From positions 864,001 through 928,000 of the forward strand of contig CAXXMV010000006.1 of NCBI GenBank assembly GCA_963662285.2: a stretch of DNA of 64,000 bases, in the 5' to 3' direction. The notes below the pieces were generated by a model, which saw only the letters and a list, made by a program, of their open reading frames with translations, was not told the DNA's origin and ran no database searches. Shown one piece after another: positions 8,400-17,636 of this stretch; positions within the stretch are counted from its first letter, which is position 1; each line of letters opens with the position of its first letter. The DNA comes from a bacterium. GTDB taxonomy: Bacteria; Hinthialibacterota; Hinthialibacteria; Hinthialibacterales; Hinthialibacteraceae. A program made the position numbers and the translations under genes.

Positions 8400-9779
8400 C
8401 TAGAATTTATACATTAAAGTCGCCTGGAAGCGTATGCTGTCTCCATCTTCCCGGTCTTTGTATTCTGTATCCCAATACGATATTTCAAGACCAGTCAATA
8501 CAGACTTATTCAGCTGCCAGAATACGTTTCCAAAGATGGATGAATTCTGTGAACGCTGAGCTGCATTAAGGTCGTCATTGTCAGGATCATCAATGGTGGC
8601 GCCGATGGTGTAAGTTAAGTCATCGAATGGCCCCAAAGCTAAAGCAGCCCAACCGCCGTTACTGCGGATGCCTTCCAGAGGATATTCAGCGCCGTTAGCT
8701 GGATTACCGTCACGGTCGACGCCATGGATTCCCTGGGCGATGCCGCCAAGATAAGCATCCATGTTTTCGCCTATCCAGGCTTCACCCTTGAGCGCTGCTT
8801 TTTCGCATAGTGGCATGTTCAGGTCTAATACGCCCGACCAGGTGTCAATATCATTGCCATTATCGAATAGATCGGTGTCTACCTCTTCCTGTCCCCAATG
8901 ACCTGATAAACCAATGGTCGTGTCTTTATCGGACAGTAGAGGGAATGAAAGGGCTAAACGTCCTTGCAATGTCGGGAAGCCGGAATCTTCTCCAGCGCTT
9001 CCTGCATTCATGCCAAAGATTGAATCGCCGATGGTGCGGGTCAATGCGCCCTCCATTTGCAGGCGGACTTCTTCATTTACGGCGAATCCTTTGGTTAAAC
9101 GGAACTGTGGGCGACGGTAGCCGATATCTCCAGCCCACCAGGCTACAGAATAATTAATTGTGTTAGGCACCAGAGGAGCAATGACGTCACTGGTCTGTCC
9201 GGCGATGATATTAAAATCATAATCAGGCCAATCAAGTTTCATGAAGGCATGACGCATCATCAGGTGAGACTTGTTTTCCGCACCGCCGCCGTAGAAATCG
9301 ACTTCAACCTGGCCGCTGGTTTTGGCATCGCCTAAATCAGGACCATGTAATTTCATGCCAAGGCGGGTCTGGTTGGCGGTTGCATTGAACCGGTCATCAT
9401 CATCAGTTACCGAATCTGATACAGCCCATTGCGCAAAATTTCCCACGCTGGTTTGATCGGTATCATACGAAGCGTCAAATTTCAAGTATCCGTATAGTTC
9501 GATGGCTTGCGAGCTGCTTACCGCCGGTTTATCTTCCTTCACAACAGATGTTTCAATCGTCTGGGTAACTTTTTCCTGCTTTTGCAGACGATTTTGCAGA
9601 GTTGAGTTGACGCCTTCCAACTCCGTCACTCTTGATTGAAGCGCTTTGATCTGTTGCTGCATTTCGCGCAATATCTCTTTTTCAGTTTGCGCGTTTGCTT
9701 GCCCAGCCCAGCATCCAAATAGGATGACAAGCCCCAATACTACTGGAATAAACTTACAATGATACACTCTCATACACAT
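8400..9779 (-). CDS. DcaP-family outer membrane porin with N-terminal coiled coil
   Basis: Signal peptide (ANA-Q), coiled coil, then LYGYLKFDASYD, ANQTRLG, VEVDFYG, MRHAF, AGQT; terminal YKF beta-signal. Confidence 0.82.
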   Translation of the reverse strand: MCMRVYHCKFIPVVLGLVILFGCWAGQANAQTEKEILREMQQQIKALQSRVTELEGVNSTLQNRLQKQEKVTQTIETSVVKEDKPAVSSSQAIELYGYLKFDASYDTDQTSVGNFAQWAVSDSVTDDDDRFNATANQTRLGMKLHGPDLGDAKTSGQVEVDFYGGGAENKSHLMMRHAFMKLDWPDYDFNIIAGQTSDVIAPLVPNTINYSVAWWAGDIGYRRPQFRLTKGFAVNEEVRLQMEGALTRTIGDSIFGMNAGSAGEDSGFPTLQGRLALSFPLLSDKDTTIGLSGHWGQEEVDTDLFDNGNDIDTWSGVLDLNMPLCEKAALKGEAWIGENMDAYLGGIAQGIHGVDRDGNPANGAEYPLEGIRSNGGWAALALGPFDDLTYTIGATIDDPDNDDLNAAQRSQNSSIFGNVFWQLNKSVLTGLEISYWDTEYKDREDGDSIRFQATLMYKF

Positions 9780-10110
9780 ATACCTCCCTAATATATTTTT
9801 GTACTGTACCTGTTTACGAATAATTATCCCTGCGTACAGATTTGTCTTTTATTATAAATGTATTATCAATAATACAAAGGAAAAGGATATTCTACTTCAA
9901 ATATTTAATATTACGGAACTTATGAAGGTTTAGTGAAACATTGTATAGGTACTATTCATATATCTGGGCTATGTGTAAATAATTTTGCAGGTTCGATGAA
10001 CATGTTGGATTGGTTTTATGAAAAATTTTAATATTTAAAAATACGTAGAGTGCTTCCCCGCAAAGAGCGTTGCGAATTATTATGGTGATGAAAATACTAT
10101 CGGGGTCGCG

Positions 10111-10776
10111 TTATTTTTCCGGCTTGAAGATGAGAAAGTATTGGTATTCGAGCACATCCTTAATTTCTCTAACCAGTTTCCAGCCTGCGTCATTCATTTC
10201 CTTGGTGAGCATCTCCTGTGAGTGGTTATGGCTTGGTGGAGGACCGATTTTTTGTCTTTTTTTCTTCCAATCAACTACAACCAACTGACCATTTTTTTTG
10301 AGCAGGGGGATCAAGCCTTTGTAATATTCAACCCGGTTTGAAAGGTGGTGGTTGGTATTGCAGAAGAAGATATGATCCAGGCTATTAGGAGGCAGCATGG
10401 GACGATCCATCGCGGCGTATACTGTGACTATGTTTTTTAATCCTTCTTCCTTAGACTGATCCTGTAAGAATTCGAGTAGATTGACAGCCAGGTCGCAGCA
10501 ATAAACAACGCCTTCAGGGCCGACGGTTTTAGCGAATGGACGAGAGAAATAGCCTGAACCACCACCGATATCAGCAATGGTTTCACCTTTCTTAAGTCCG
10601 AAAGCGCGGATTACATCATCGACCTTCTGCCACTGGGCGCGAGAATCTATTTCAAATTGGCCGGGAGTATAATGGTGATCCCGTTCAGATTCCTGAGAAT
10701 GTGCAGGCATCGAGCCATAAAGACCAACTAGTAGAGCTAATGAAATAATTAACCTGGGTGAAATGTTATAGTTCAT
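10111..10776 (-). CDS. class I SAM-dependent methyltransferase with signal peptide
   Basis: IADIGGGSGYFS motif I, VGPEGVVY, LKKNGQLVVVDW; N-terminal signal peptide. Confidence 0.85.
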   Translation of the reverse strand: MNYNISPRLIISLALLVGLYGSMPAHSQESERDHHYTPGQFEIDSRAQWQKVDDVIRAFGLKKGETIADIGGGSGYFSRPFAKTVGPEGVVYCCDLAVNLLEFLQDQSKEEGLKNIVTVYAAMDRPMLPPNSLDHIFFCNTNHHLSNRVEYYKGLIPLLKKNGQLVVVDWKKKRQKIGPPPSHNHSQEMLTKEMNDAGWKLVREIKDVLEYQYFLIFKPEK

Positions 10777-11292
10777 TTAATCTTCTCCACGTTTAAGATA
10801 AAAAGAGGGAAGCATATAACCCGCTATTGTGAGCAAACTGAGCCATCCTAGCACCATGTAAGGCCAGTTGGAAGCAATAACGAAACCGGCGGTGGGCAGC
10901 CCGGCGAACAACCATACGAAGCCCAGCGCTTTTTTGAGGTCTTTGGTTTCCAAGGGAGCGTCGAGCGCCATATCCTGGGGCATCTCTACGAAACTGGCGT
11001 CGGATACAATCTGATGCGGCGCCGCTATGAGAAAATAATAAAGTACGCGACCGAATTCCGCTGAAAGTAGCAGAAGCAGTAATACCGCCCAAAAAACCGA
11101 ACGGGAGCGTTTGCGGCAATGCGGGCAGCGCGATATCCAATAGAGGTGGATCATGCGATAGACGGCGTTCAGCACCAGCCACACGCCCAGGGTGGCAACG
11201 CCCAAAGTAAGGTGAAGGCTTCGTGATGGTTCCGCTGCTTTGACTTCGAACGATTTATGATCGCAGCGGCAAGAGAATTGATAGGTTTCCAT
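10777..11292 (-). CDS. hypothetical membrane protein with Cys motifs
   Basis: CRC and CPHC motifs, HLTLGVATLGVWL, 3-4 hydrophobic segments; its stop abuts the next start. Confidence 0.6.
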   Translation of the reverse strand: METYQFSCRCDHKSFEVKAAEPSRSLHLTLGVATLGVWLVLNAVYRMIHLYWISRCPHCRKRSRSVFWAVLLLLLLSAEFGRVLYYFLIAAPHQIVSDASFVEMPQDMALDAPLETKDLKKALGFVWLFAGLPTAGFVIASNWPYMVLGWLSLLTIAGYMLPSFYLKRGED

Positions 11293-11342
11293 GCCGGATA
11301 ATCCTTGTTCTGCTAAAGCCGCTTTGGTTTATGTGAATCACT

Positions 11343-13190
11343 CTAAGCGCCCATCAATTTGTAGGCGGCCCACAACAGTAATCCTGTATCAACCCAAAGG
11401 GCTAGTTCATCTTCTGTATATGTTTCCATAAACCATACTTGTTCGTCCAGCCCTGCGCTCAGGGACATTGGTTTACTATTCGCGGCAAGTTCGTCAAACA
11501 GAGCGTTGATATCTTCTTTATGCGTGAAATCGTCTGGAATTTCTTCTTTTTCCGTATCTAAAATAAAACGGAAGAAATCTTTGGAGAATACAGTTTCGAT
11601 CTGCGCTGGAGATTTAACCTCATTGAGTAGATCACGCATTGCAGTGGAACGCGTATTATCTTTATTGGTGAGATAGTTCTGCGCCGCTTCACGGGCGTCG
11701 AACAGGTAGGTTACGGCATCCCGCTCAATCAATAATAACTCCTCAAAACCCAGCATCTGGTTTATGGGATTATCTTCGAATTTATAACTGGCGCCGGGCA
11801 GCATGGCGATCTCTATTGAACTGGAAGTAACTGAAGGCATAGACGCCAGTTGCTGCAAAGAAGACTGATCTGAATTCAGTCCGGGGAAAGCCATTGTCAG
11901 CGTCGGTGCGTCATTGTAAAAACCGTAGATGTTCAAGCCGATAGTCTCTCCCTGGGGGAGCAGCTGAGATATCATGCGCAGTTTCATCTTATTGATAAGA
12001 CCATTCATGCGGCCTTTACCGGGTATGCCTTCGGGCGCCTCTTGCTGCATTTCTTTCATCAGCGCAATATTTTTCTTTTGTTCTGCGCGTTTAGTTTTTC
12101 TGATTTCACGTTGCGACATGTCTCCGGATGACTTTGTGATCCCAATTGGAGCGGGTGCGCCATTGACCGGGATTTGCTCAGCGGCGGTCGCTGAGATGGG
12201 GGATCCGGCATGAGGCCATCGAATGGCCAGTTCCAACAGACCCGCAGGATCGTCATCGCCGAAGGGGAACTTATCAATCGGCTTCCATTGTTCCATCCAG
12301 GGCGCTTTTGTTTCACTTGGAGCGACGATGGTCATGCTTCCGCCTTTTTCTTTACATTGGAACAAGACGGCTGGGTGCATCACTCCCAAGGCGCTCAATC
12401 TTTGCGTAATCATGCCAAGCGCACCGGGCAGCGGTTCACCGGGATGGGTTGAGTTTGAGAATAGAGCCAAAAGCGTATCGGGATGTTTCGATAATATCTC
12501 TTGCGTAGGATTAACGGCGTCGGCTTCTGCAGGAGGCGGCGGCGGTTGATTCCAAAAATGCTCCAGGGCGGTTGGGTTGTTGCAAATCCATAAAAGCCCG
12601 CCATCCTGCATATAGGCGTATTCTCCTATGGGAGAAGCAATGGTTTTTATGATTGCTGGTCCAGCATGAATTTCGGATGTGGCTGAATCGGGATTGGCGC
12701 TGATGAAGGCGTCAATTCCGGGAAGCGTATCGGAAGCCTCGGTGGCGCCGCTTAACTTAAATGTCGCGATAAAGACGGAGGTGGGGATATCATCCTTGGG
12801 CGGCAGCAAGTAGAGGCGCATCTCATCGGAAGAAGAGAAAAGTCCGCTCAGGGTTTGGGTAACTCCCTGGGGCAGGGAAGCGCAGAACTCTTTATAAACG
12901 GTTGCCACAGCTGGTTGCTCCAGGAATGAATTGAAATTCCCGTTATTTTTGCGCCACTGATTGATGTCGGCGTAGAGCCAATAGGGCGCGGTACTGGGCA
13001 GGAAATGCTCGCTCATAACTTTGGCGGGAGAGAGGGCCGCCGTATCTTTCCCATCCTGTTTTGATGATTGATCTTCGTTGGCGGCGACGCCTGAAGCACT
13101 TTGTTTATTTGGATCGAATTGGCGATTCACGGCAATGCCGCAGATGATCCCCGAAGCGAAAATGAGAAGGACGAGTAGAATTTTTTTCAT
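11343..13190 (-). CDS. hypothetical N-terminally anchored periplasmic protein downstream of the secretin
   Basis: Long ORF; likely start MKKILLVLLIF at 13190 (ORF track extends to 13271); no family recognised. Confidence 0.7.
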   Translation of the reverse strand: MKKILLVLLIFASGIICGIAVNRQFDPNKQSASGVAANEDQSSKQDGKDTAALSPAKVMSEHFLPSTAPYWLYADINQWRKNNGNFNSFLEQPAVATVYKEFCASLPQGVTQTLSGLFSSSDEMRLYLLPPKDDIPTSVFIATFKLSGATEASDTLPGIDAFISANPDSATSEIHAGPAIIKTIASPIGEYAYMQDGGLLWICNNPTALEHFWNQPPPPPAEADAVNPTQEILSKHPDTLLALFSNSTHPGEPLPGALGMITQRLSALGVMHPAVLFQCKEKGGSMTIVAPSETKAPWMEQWKPIDKFPFGDDDPAGLLELAIRWPHAGSPISATAAEQIPVNGAPAPIGITKSSGDMSQREIRKTKRAEQKKNIALMKEMQQEAPEGIPGKGRMNGLINKMKLRMISQLLPQGETIGLNIYGFYNDAPTLTMAFPGLNSDQSSLQQLASMPSVTSSSIEIAMLPGASYKFEDNPINQMLGFEELLLIERDAVTYLFDAREAAQNYLTNKDNTRSTAMRDLLNEVKSPAQIETVFSKDFFRFILDTEKEEIPDDFTHKEDINALFDELAANSKPMSLSAGLDEQVWFMETYTEDELALWVDTGLLLWAAYKLMGA

Positions 13191-13286
13191 TATATTTGGC
13201 GCCATTAAAGATATTTGTCTAATATCAACATAAAACATATTATGATTTTCATTCACTTTATTTAATATCACTGGTGTAATGATTGT

Positions 13287-16115
13287 CTAATGAACTCCAA
13301 CCCGAACATCGATGTCTTTCATTATCTCCTTGAAGCGATCATATTTCTTGATACGGTCGCTCTGATTTTCAAGTATTCTGAAACGATCCTCCTGGCTGGC
13401 CAGGATATATGGTGTTATGAAAGTCAATAGCTCGGTTTTTGATTGTCTCTTGCCTTTAGTTTTGAAAAGATGTCCCAGAACCGGTATGTGCATTAAGCCG
13501 GGTATTCCGTTTTCTGAATCGGTGAAACTGGTATCAATAACGCCGGAGAGAACCGCTGTCTCCTGGTCTTTAATAGTTAAGCGCGTCTCGACTTTTCGAC
13601 GGGAAAATGCAGGCGCCGAACCATTGGGCGTTACTAAAGCGAATTGTTCGAGAATCTGACCTGTCTCCATATCCACTTCAATAGTAACCGTGGATGCGTC
13701 GTTGATGTGGGGGCTGACATACAACTTAAGACCGACCTCTTCGTATTCGATCTCCTGAGTGGTGGTGACATTGCCTTGAGAAATTCCTGACAGGCGGGGG
13801 ATGCGGTTGATAACCTCAACAAAAGCCCGTTGGTTGTCACCCGCCAGGATGTTGGGACGGGCGATAACGTTGGTTTTGGCATTCGACGCCAGGATATTGA
13901 TGGCGGCGTCGTATTTCGCAGTAGACAAAATCGCCGCCCGATCAAAGTTCATTCCACTTATAGGAGCGTCTAAAGTTCCTTGGGCGTTCAGAGTCAGTTT
14001 GTCGCCCCAGTCGATGCCCCATTCGTCGTCTTTAACATCAATGATTTCCACAATAAGAATTTCGACTAATACCTGGGATATTTCTCTATCCAAATCGTTG
14101 ATCAGAGTATTGATGGAATCGAAATATTGTGAACTGGTAGTCACTAATAGAGAGTTGGTGCGCGTTTCGGATACGATGCGCACGTTGCCGATTAGGTTGC
14201 TGATGTCTTCTTGCTGGTTATTGGATTGTTGGTTGGTATACCAATAGAAGCCGCGGTTGCCTTGATTCTGGCGGTCTTCCTGGAATAGATCGTTTAATTG
14301 AGTCGCCAGATATCCGGCGTCGGCGTTTTTGAGAGGATAAACTTTGGTAGTGCCGAATTCAGGGGCGATGCGGTCAAGTTCCTCTATCAGTTTCTCGATA
14401 ACGCCAAAGGCGCGAGGGGTGGCGGCTAAAACGATCAGTGAGTTGGTGGTCGGATCGGCAATGGTTTTGATCTTGCCGCTGAATCCGGTAATCTGTTGCT
14501 GTTGCTGATTTCCTCGACTGTAACCATAGAAATAGTCGAACGAATTATTTTGTGATTTGGCCGAGAATATTTCATCCAGCATATAAGCCAGATCAGTGGC
14601 CCGGACATTTTTAACCGGATAGACCCTAGGTTCTTCTTTTGAATTAGGGAGAGGTTGATCCAGTGTGTCGATCAGATCTTCAACCATGGGAAAATCGGAT
14701 GGTTTCGCTGTAACAATTAACGCATTGAGCCTTTGATCTTCGACGATCTTGATTTGGTTTTCTTCATCGCCGCGTCGGCTGCGGGAACTGTAATAGGAGT
14801 AATAATAACTGCGGTTGTTATTATTAGAATCTTCATCGGTTAATAGTTGTTTGATCATCTGGCTGATGACAATGGCGTCCGCATTTTCCAGGACATAAAC
14901 CCGTGTCAGTTTGTCGTAGGATTTTTTATGATCCAACACAGAGAGGACTTCGCTGATGGATTTCACGTCTTCTGGATAAGCATGAATGACAATTGAATTG
15001 GTGCGCGAATCGGCGAAGACAACCGGATGGTACACCTGGTTGCGCTTATTCATGGTGAATTGCTGTAAACCCTGCGCTACTTGTGATGCATCAGCATTGA
15101 CCAGGGCGACAGTCTTGGTTTCCAGATTAACGGTGGAACTGGTATCCATTTTGTCAATATAATCGGTTATCGTGTCGAGTGCATCCTGCGGCGCTGAAAG
15201 AATGAGAGAATTGGTGCTGCGGTCGGCCAGCACTTCGCACATATCGTCTGCGGTGCGACGTTTCTGCTTATCATCTCCCGGAATTTTCGCCGCCACCAGA
15301 TTGACCAGTATGTCTTCCATATTGCGGGCGATTTCGGAGGCGCTTAGGTAGCGTAACTTAAAAACCTGAACCGATGCGCCGATTTTAGCGCCTTTTTGAT
15401 CCAACTGCTTGATGATGCTTTCCAGGCGGGTGATGTTGGCCATTGTATCGGTAATAACCAAGGTGTTAGTACGGTCATCGGCGATGATATTGGAATTCTC
15501 TGTGACCAGCGGCGTCAGCGCTTCTTTAAGTTGAGTTGGTGAAGCGTACTCCAGGTGAATTATTTTATTCTGAAATTGTGAACCGGGGATGCTTTCATCA
15601 AACTTATCGGTTACCTTACCCAGTCGTTGCTTGGCGGCGGACAGGGGCAGCACAATTATCATTTGATCAGTCTCTTCAAAGGTGATGTCTTGAAACCGGA
15701 ATGCGGTGTCAATGATGTGCATGGCTTCTTCTTTGGTCACCTCGTTGGGATTCATGATGGTGAACTGGCCTTTGACGTCTGGAGTTTTCAAGACCAGTTT
15801 CTTGGTCATATCACTTAGGAATTTAAGCACCTGATCAATTTGGGAGTTGTTGAAATTAAGTTTGAATTTTTCCGGGCCGCCGGGAGTGGCTGATTCAATG
15901 GCTTTAGCCGTTGCTCCATTGGGGTAGAAGATTTCTCCCGATTTGAGCAGGTTCTTGATTGAATCGGCGAACAGTCCGCCGAGACCGGCGTTATTCTTCA
16001 CCGCGGCATCTTCTTGATCTATTTGCTCCTCTTCTTGAGCGTATACCAAAGCAGTATTTTGAAAGCCGAAGAGCAGCGTGAATACCATGATTATCAAAGC
16101 GAAACGTTTTAACAT
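13287..16115 (-). CDS. gspD: type II secretion secretin GspD, with extended N-domain array
   Basis: Signal peptide, N0 (LNFNNSQIDQVLKFLS), repeated D-x-R-T-N-x-L-I Secretin_N motifs, QVLVEILIVEI, GIPGLMHIPVLGHLF, ELLTFITPYI; GAGGAA RBS before 16115. Confidence 0.93.
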   Translation of the reverse strand: MLKRFALIIMVFTLLFGFQNTALVYAQEEEQIDQEDAAVKNNAGLGGLFADSIKNLLKSGEIFYPNGATAKAIESATPGGPEKFKLNFNNSQIDQVLKFLSDMTKKLVLKTPDVKGQFTIMNPNEVTKEEAMHIIDTAFRFQDITFEETDQMIIVLPLSAAKQRLGKVTDKFDESIPGSQFQNKIIHLEYASPTQLKEALTPLVTENSNIIADDRTNTLVITDTMANITRLESIIKQLDQKGAKIGASVQVFKLRYLSASEIARNMEDILVNLVAAKIPGDDKQKRRTADDMCEVLADRSTNSLILSAPQDALDTITDYIDKMDTSSTVNLETKTVALVNADASQVAQGLQQFTMNKRNQVYHPVVFADSRTNSIVIHAYPEDVKSISEVLSVLDHKKSYDKLTRVYVLENADAIVISQMIKQLLTDEDSNNNNRSYYYSYYSSRSRRGDEENQIKIVEDQRLNALIVTAKPSDFPMVEDLIDTLDQPLPNSKEEPRVYPVKNVRATDLAYMLDEIFSAKSQNNSFDYFYGYSRGNQQQQQITGFSGKIKTIADPTTNSLIVLAATPRAFGVIEKLIEELDRIAPEFGTTKVYPLKNADAGYLATQLNDLFQEDRQNQGNRGFYWYTNQQSNNQQEDISNLIGNVRIVSETRTNSLLVTTSSQYFDSINTLINDLDREISQVLVEILIVEIIDVKDDEWGIDWGDKLTLNAQGTLDAPISGMNFDRAAILSTAKYDAAINILASNAKTNVIARPNILAGDNQRAFVEVINRIPRLSGISQGNVTTTQEIEYEEVGLKLYVSPHINDASTVTIEVDMETGQILEQFALVTPNGSAPAFSRRKVETRLTIKDQETAVLSGVIDTSFTDSENGIPGLMHIPVLGHLFKTKGKRQSKTELLTFITPYILASQEDRFRILENQSDRIKKYDRFKEIMKDIDVRVGVH

Positions 16116-16225
16116 GAGATTTCCTCGATTGGGATTTTTTATATGGATGTTTCTGTATATTCCTGACATGTTTTTAACCTCTAATATATTTAATGATATT
16201 TCATGTGTTTTCATGGTTGATTAAT

Positions 16226-17026
16226 TTAGCGCTGTCCACGGAATCGATTTTTCAGCATTTCCTTTTCGCTGTCGCTCATGCTGTTAGCCAAATTCATCTT
16301 TTCTTCATTCGATAAATTCTTAAGTTGATCCATAGACATGCCCCGGAAAGTGAATCCCGCAGGCGCCTCCATGCGGCCCATACGCTTGAGGCCGGGAGGA
16401 AGAGAGGCATTTGGTGATCTATTTGGTGATCTATTGACTCTTGATGATTTGTTGTTGCCGTTGTTTCTGGTCGGTGGTTGTTGCATTGGCATGGGAGAGG
16501 GTGCGCCGCCGCCTTCTCCACCCTGGAATAATTGTACTGTAATCGGGTTGCCTTTTTCATCTTCCAGCACCACAGAAAATATGTTGATCTCTTTAAGTTT
16601 CGCTGTGCCGACATTTTGTCCAACAGAGACAGGTTGTCCGTTGATAACTGCTTTATCAAGATAGATAGCCGACAGCATGTAGTTGACTTGCACCTTCATA
16701 AAGATATTTTTAGCTGGTTTTTTCTCTTGTGGAGGAGTTCCCGCTGGATTTGCGCCTGGATTTCCACCGGAAGGAGGGCCGCCCGGATTCATGCCTTGGG
16801 GTGCGCCGGGAGTTGCCGGTGTGGGGCCATCTTTGGTTTGCAGGGCGGCAGGCTCAGTGTTTTTAGTCTGCTCAATAAGTTTGTCGACTTTGCTCAGTTC
16901 AATGGCGGATACTCCCCAGGCGATAACTTGCGAACAAGCCAGTAAGGCTAAAACCGCCAAAGCAAGGGGTTGCCAATATGCGCGGGCTAATTGTCCAATC
17001 CGGTTAGAAAATAAGGTTCTCATCAT
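16226..17026 (-). CDS. T2SS accessory protein, GspC/GspB-like
   Basis: N-terminal TM, Pro/Gly linker, beta-rich LSAIYLDKAVINGQPVSVGQNVGTAKLKEI module; lies between the gspM-like gene and gspD. Confidence 0.6.
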   Translation of the reverse strand: MMRTLFSNRIGQLARAYWQPLALAVLALLACSQVIAWGVSAIELSKVDKLIEQTKNTEPAALQTKDGPTPATPGAPQGMNPGGPPSGGNPGANPAGTPPQEKKPAKNIFMKVQVNYMLSAIYLDKAVINGQPVSVGQNVGTAKLKEINIFSVVLEDEKGNPITVQLFQGGEGGGAPSPMPMQQPPTRNNGNNKSSRVNRSPNRSPNASLPPGLKRMGRMEAPAGFTFRGMSMDQLKNLSNEEKMNLANSMSDSEKEMLKNRFRGQR

Positions 17027-17602
17027 TTACCTCTGAGCCAGAGCTGATGGCGTGACTGGCTCTGGCTGTGCATTTAATAGATATGTCGTCAGCGTCATGG
17101 TTACATCAAGATCAGGTTTTTGAGGGTCTTTCAGTTTGCTTCTCAGTGAAGTTGGCTGACAAATGTATTTGGCATTTCTAATGCTATCAAGGAATTTTAC
17201 CAGTTGCTCGAACTGACACTCCAGTGATACCCTGATATCCAGGCGCGGCAGCGGTTTGGCGCGTTTGTTGGTGTTGGGATCCCAATTCTTTATTTTAACG
17301 CCGCAACGTCCGGCGACTTGCTCTATTTCGGCGATCAATTGAATTATTTCATTTTCGCTGGCGAAATTGCCTTCTTTATTGCCCAATTTTTTGCGCATTA
17401 TGTTGTTGCGCACTTTCTGGGTATCAATATCTTTCATCTGTGCAAAAAGTTCTGAAAAATGCACCGCAGTGTTTTCGGATAGGGCTGAATCGTCTGCCTG
17501 ATTGAAGAAGACGCCCCATCCCATAAATAATATGCCAATTGCGGCCGCAATTGCGGTGATTTTTGCAAGCCTTTGTTCCCGCTCGGATAAACTCATTACC
17601 AT
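17027..17602 (-). CDS. GspM/PilO-like inner membrane platform protein
   Basis: LSEREQRL + TM, coiled coil, ferredoxin-like C-terminus (VSLECQFEQLVKFLDSI); operon position. Confidence 0.8.
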   Translation of the reverse strand: MVMSLSEREQRLAKITAIAAAIGILFMGWGVFFNQADDSALSENTAVHFSELFAQMKDIDTQKVRNNIMRKKLGNKEGNFASENEIIQLIAEIEQVAGRCGVKIKNWDPNTNKRAKPLPRLDIRVSLECQFEQLVKFLDSIRNAKYICQPTSLRSKLKDPQKPDLDVTMTLTTYLLNAQPEPVTPSALAQR

Positions 17603-17636
17603 GAATCCCTTCGTTTTACAAAACTACCTCGTCAGC

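Noticed and set aside
8400-8430. Porin C-terminus (ATLMYKF) and GspK end (IRYWKVLR) as further W-x-L-Y motif members
   Set aside because: The porin end is an ordinary BAM beta-signal and the GspK end is a family-typical last strand; neither matches V-x-x-W-x-L-Y.
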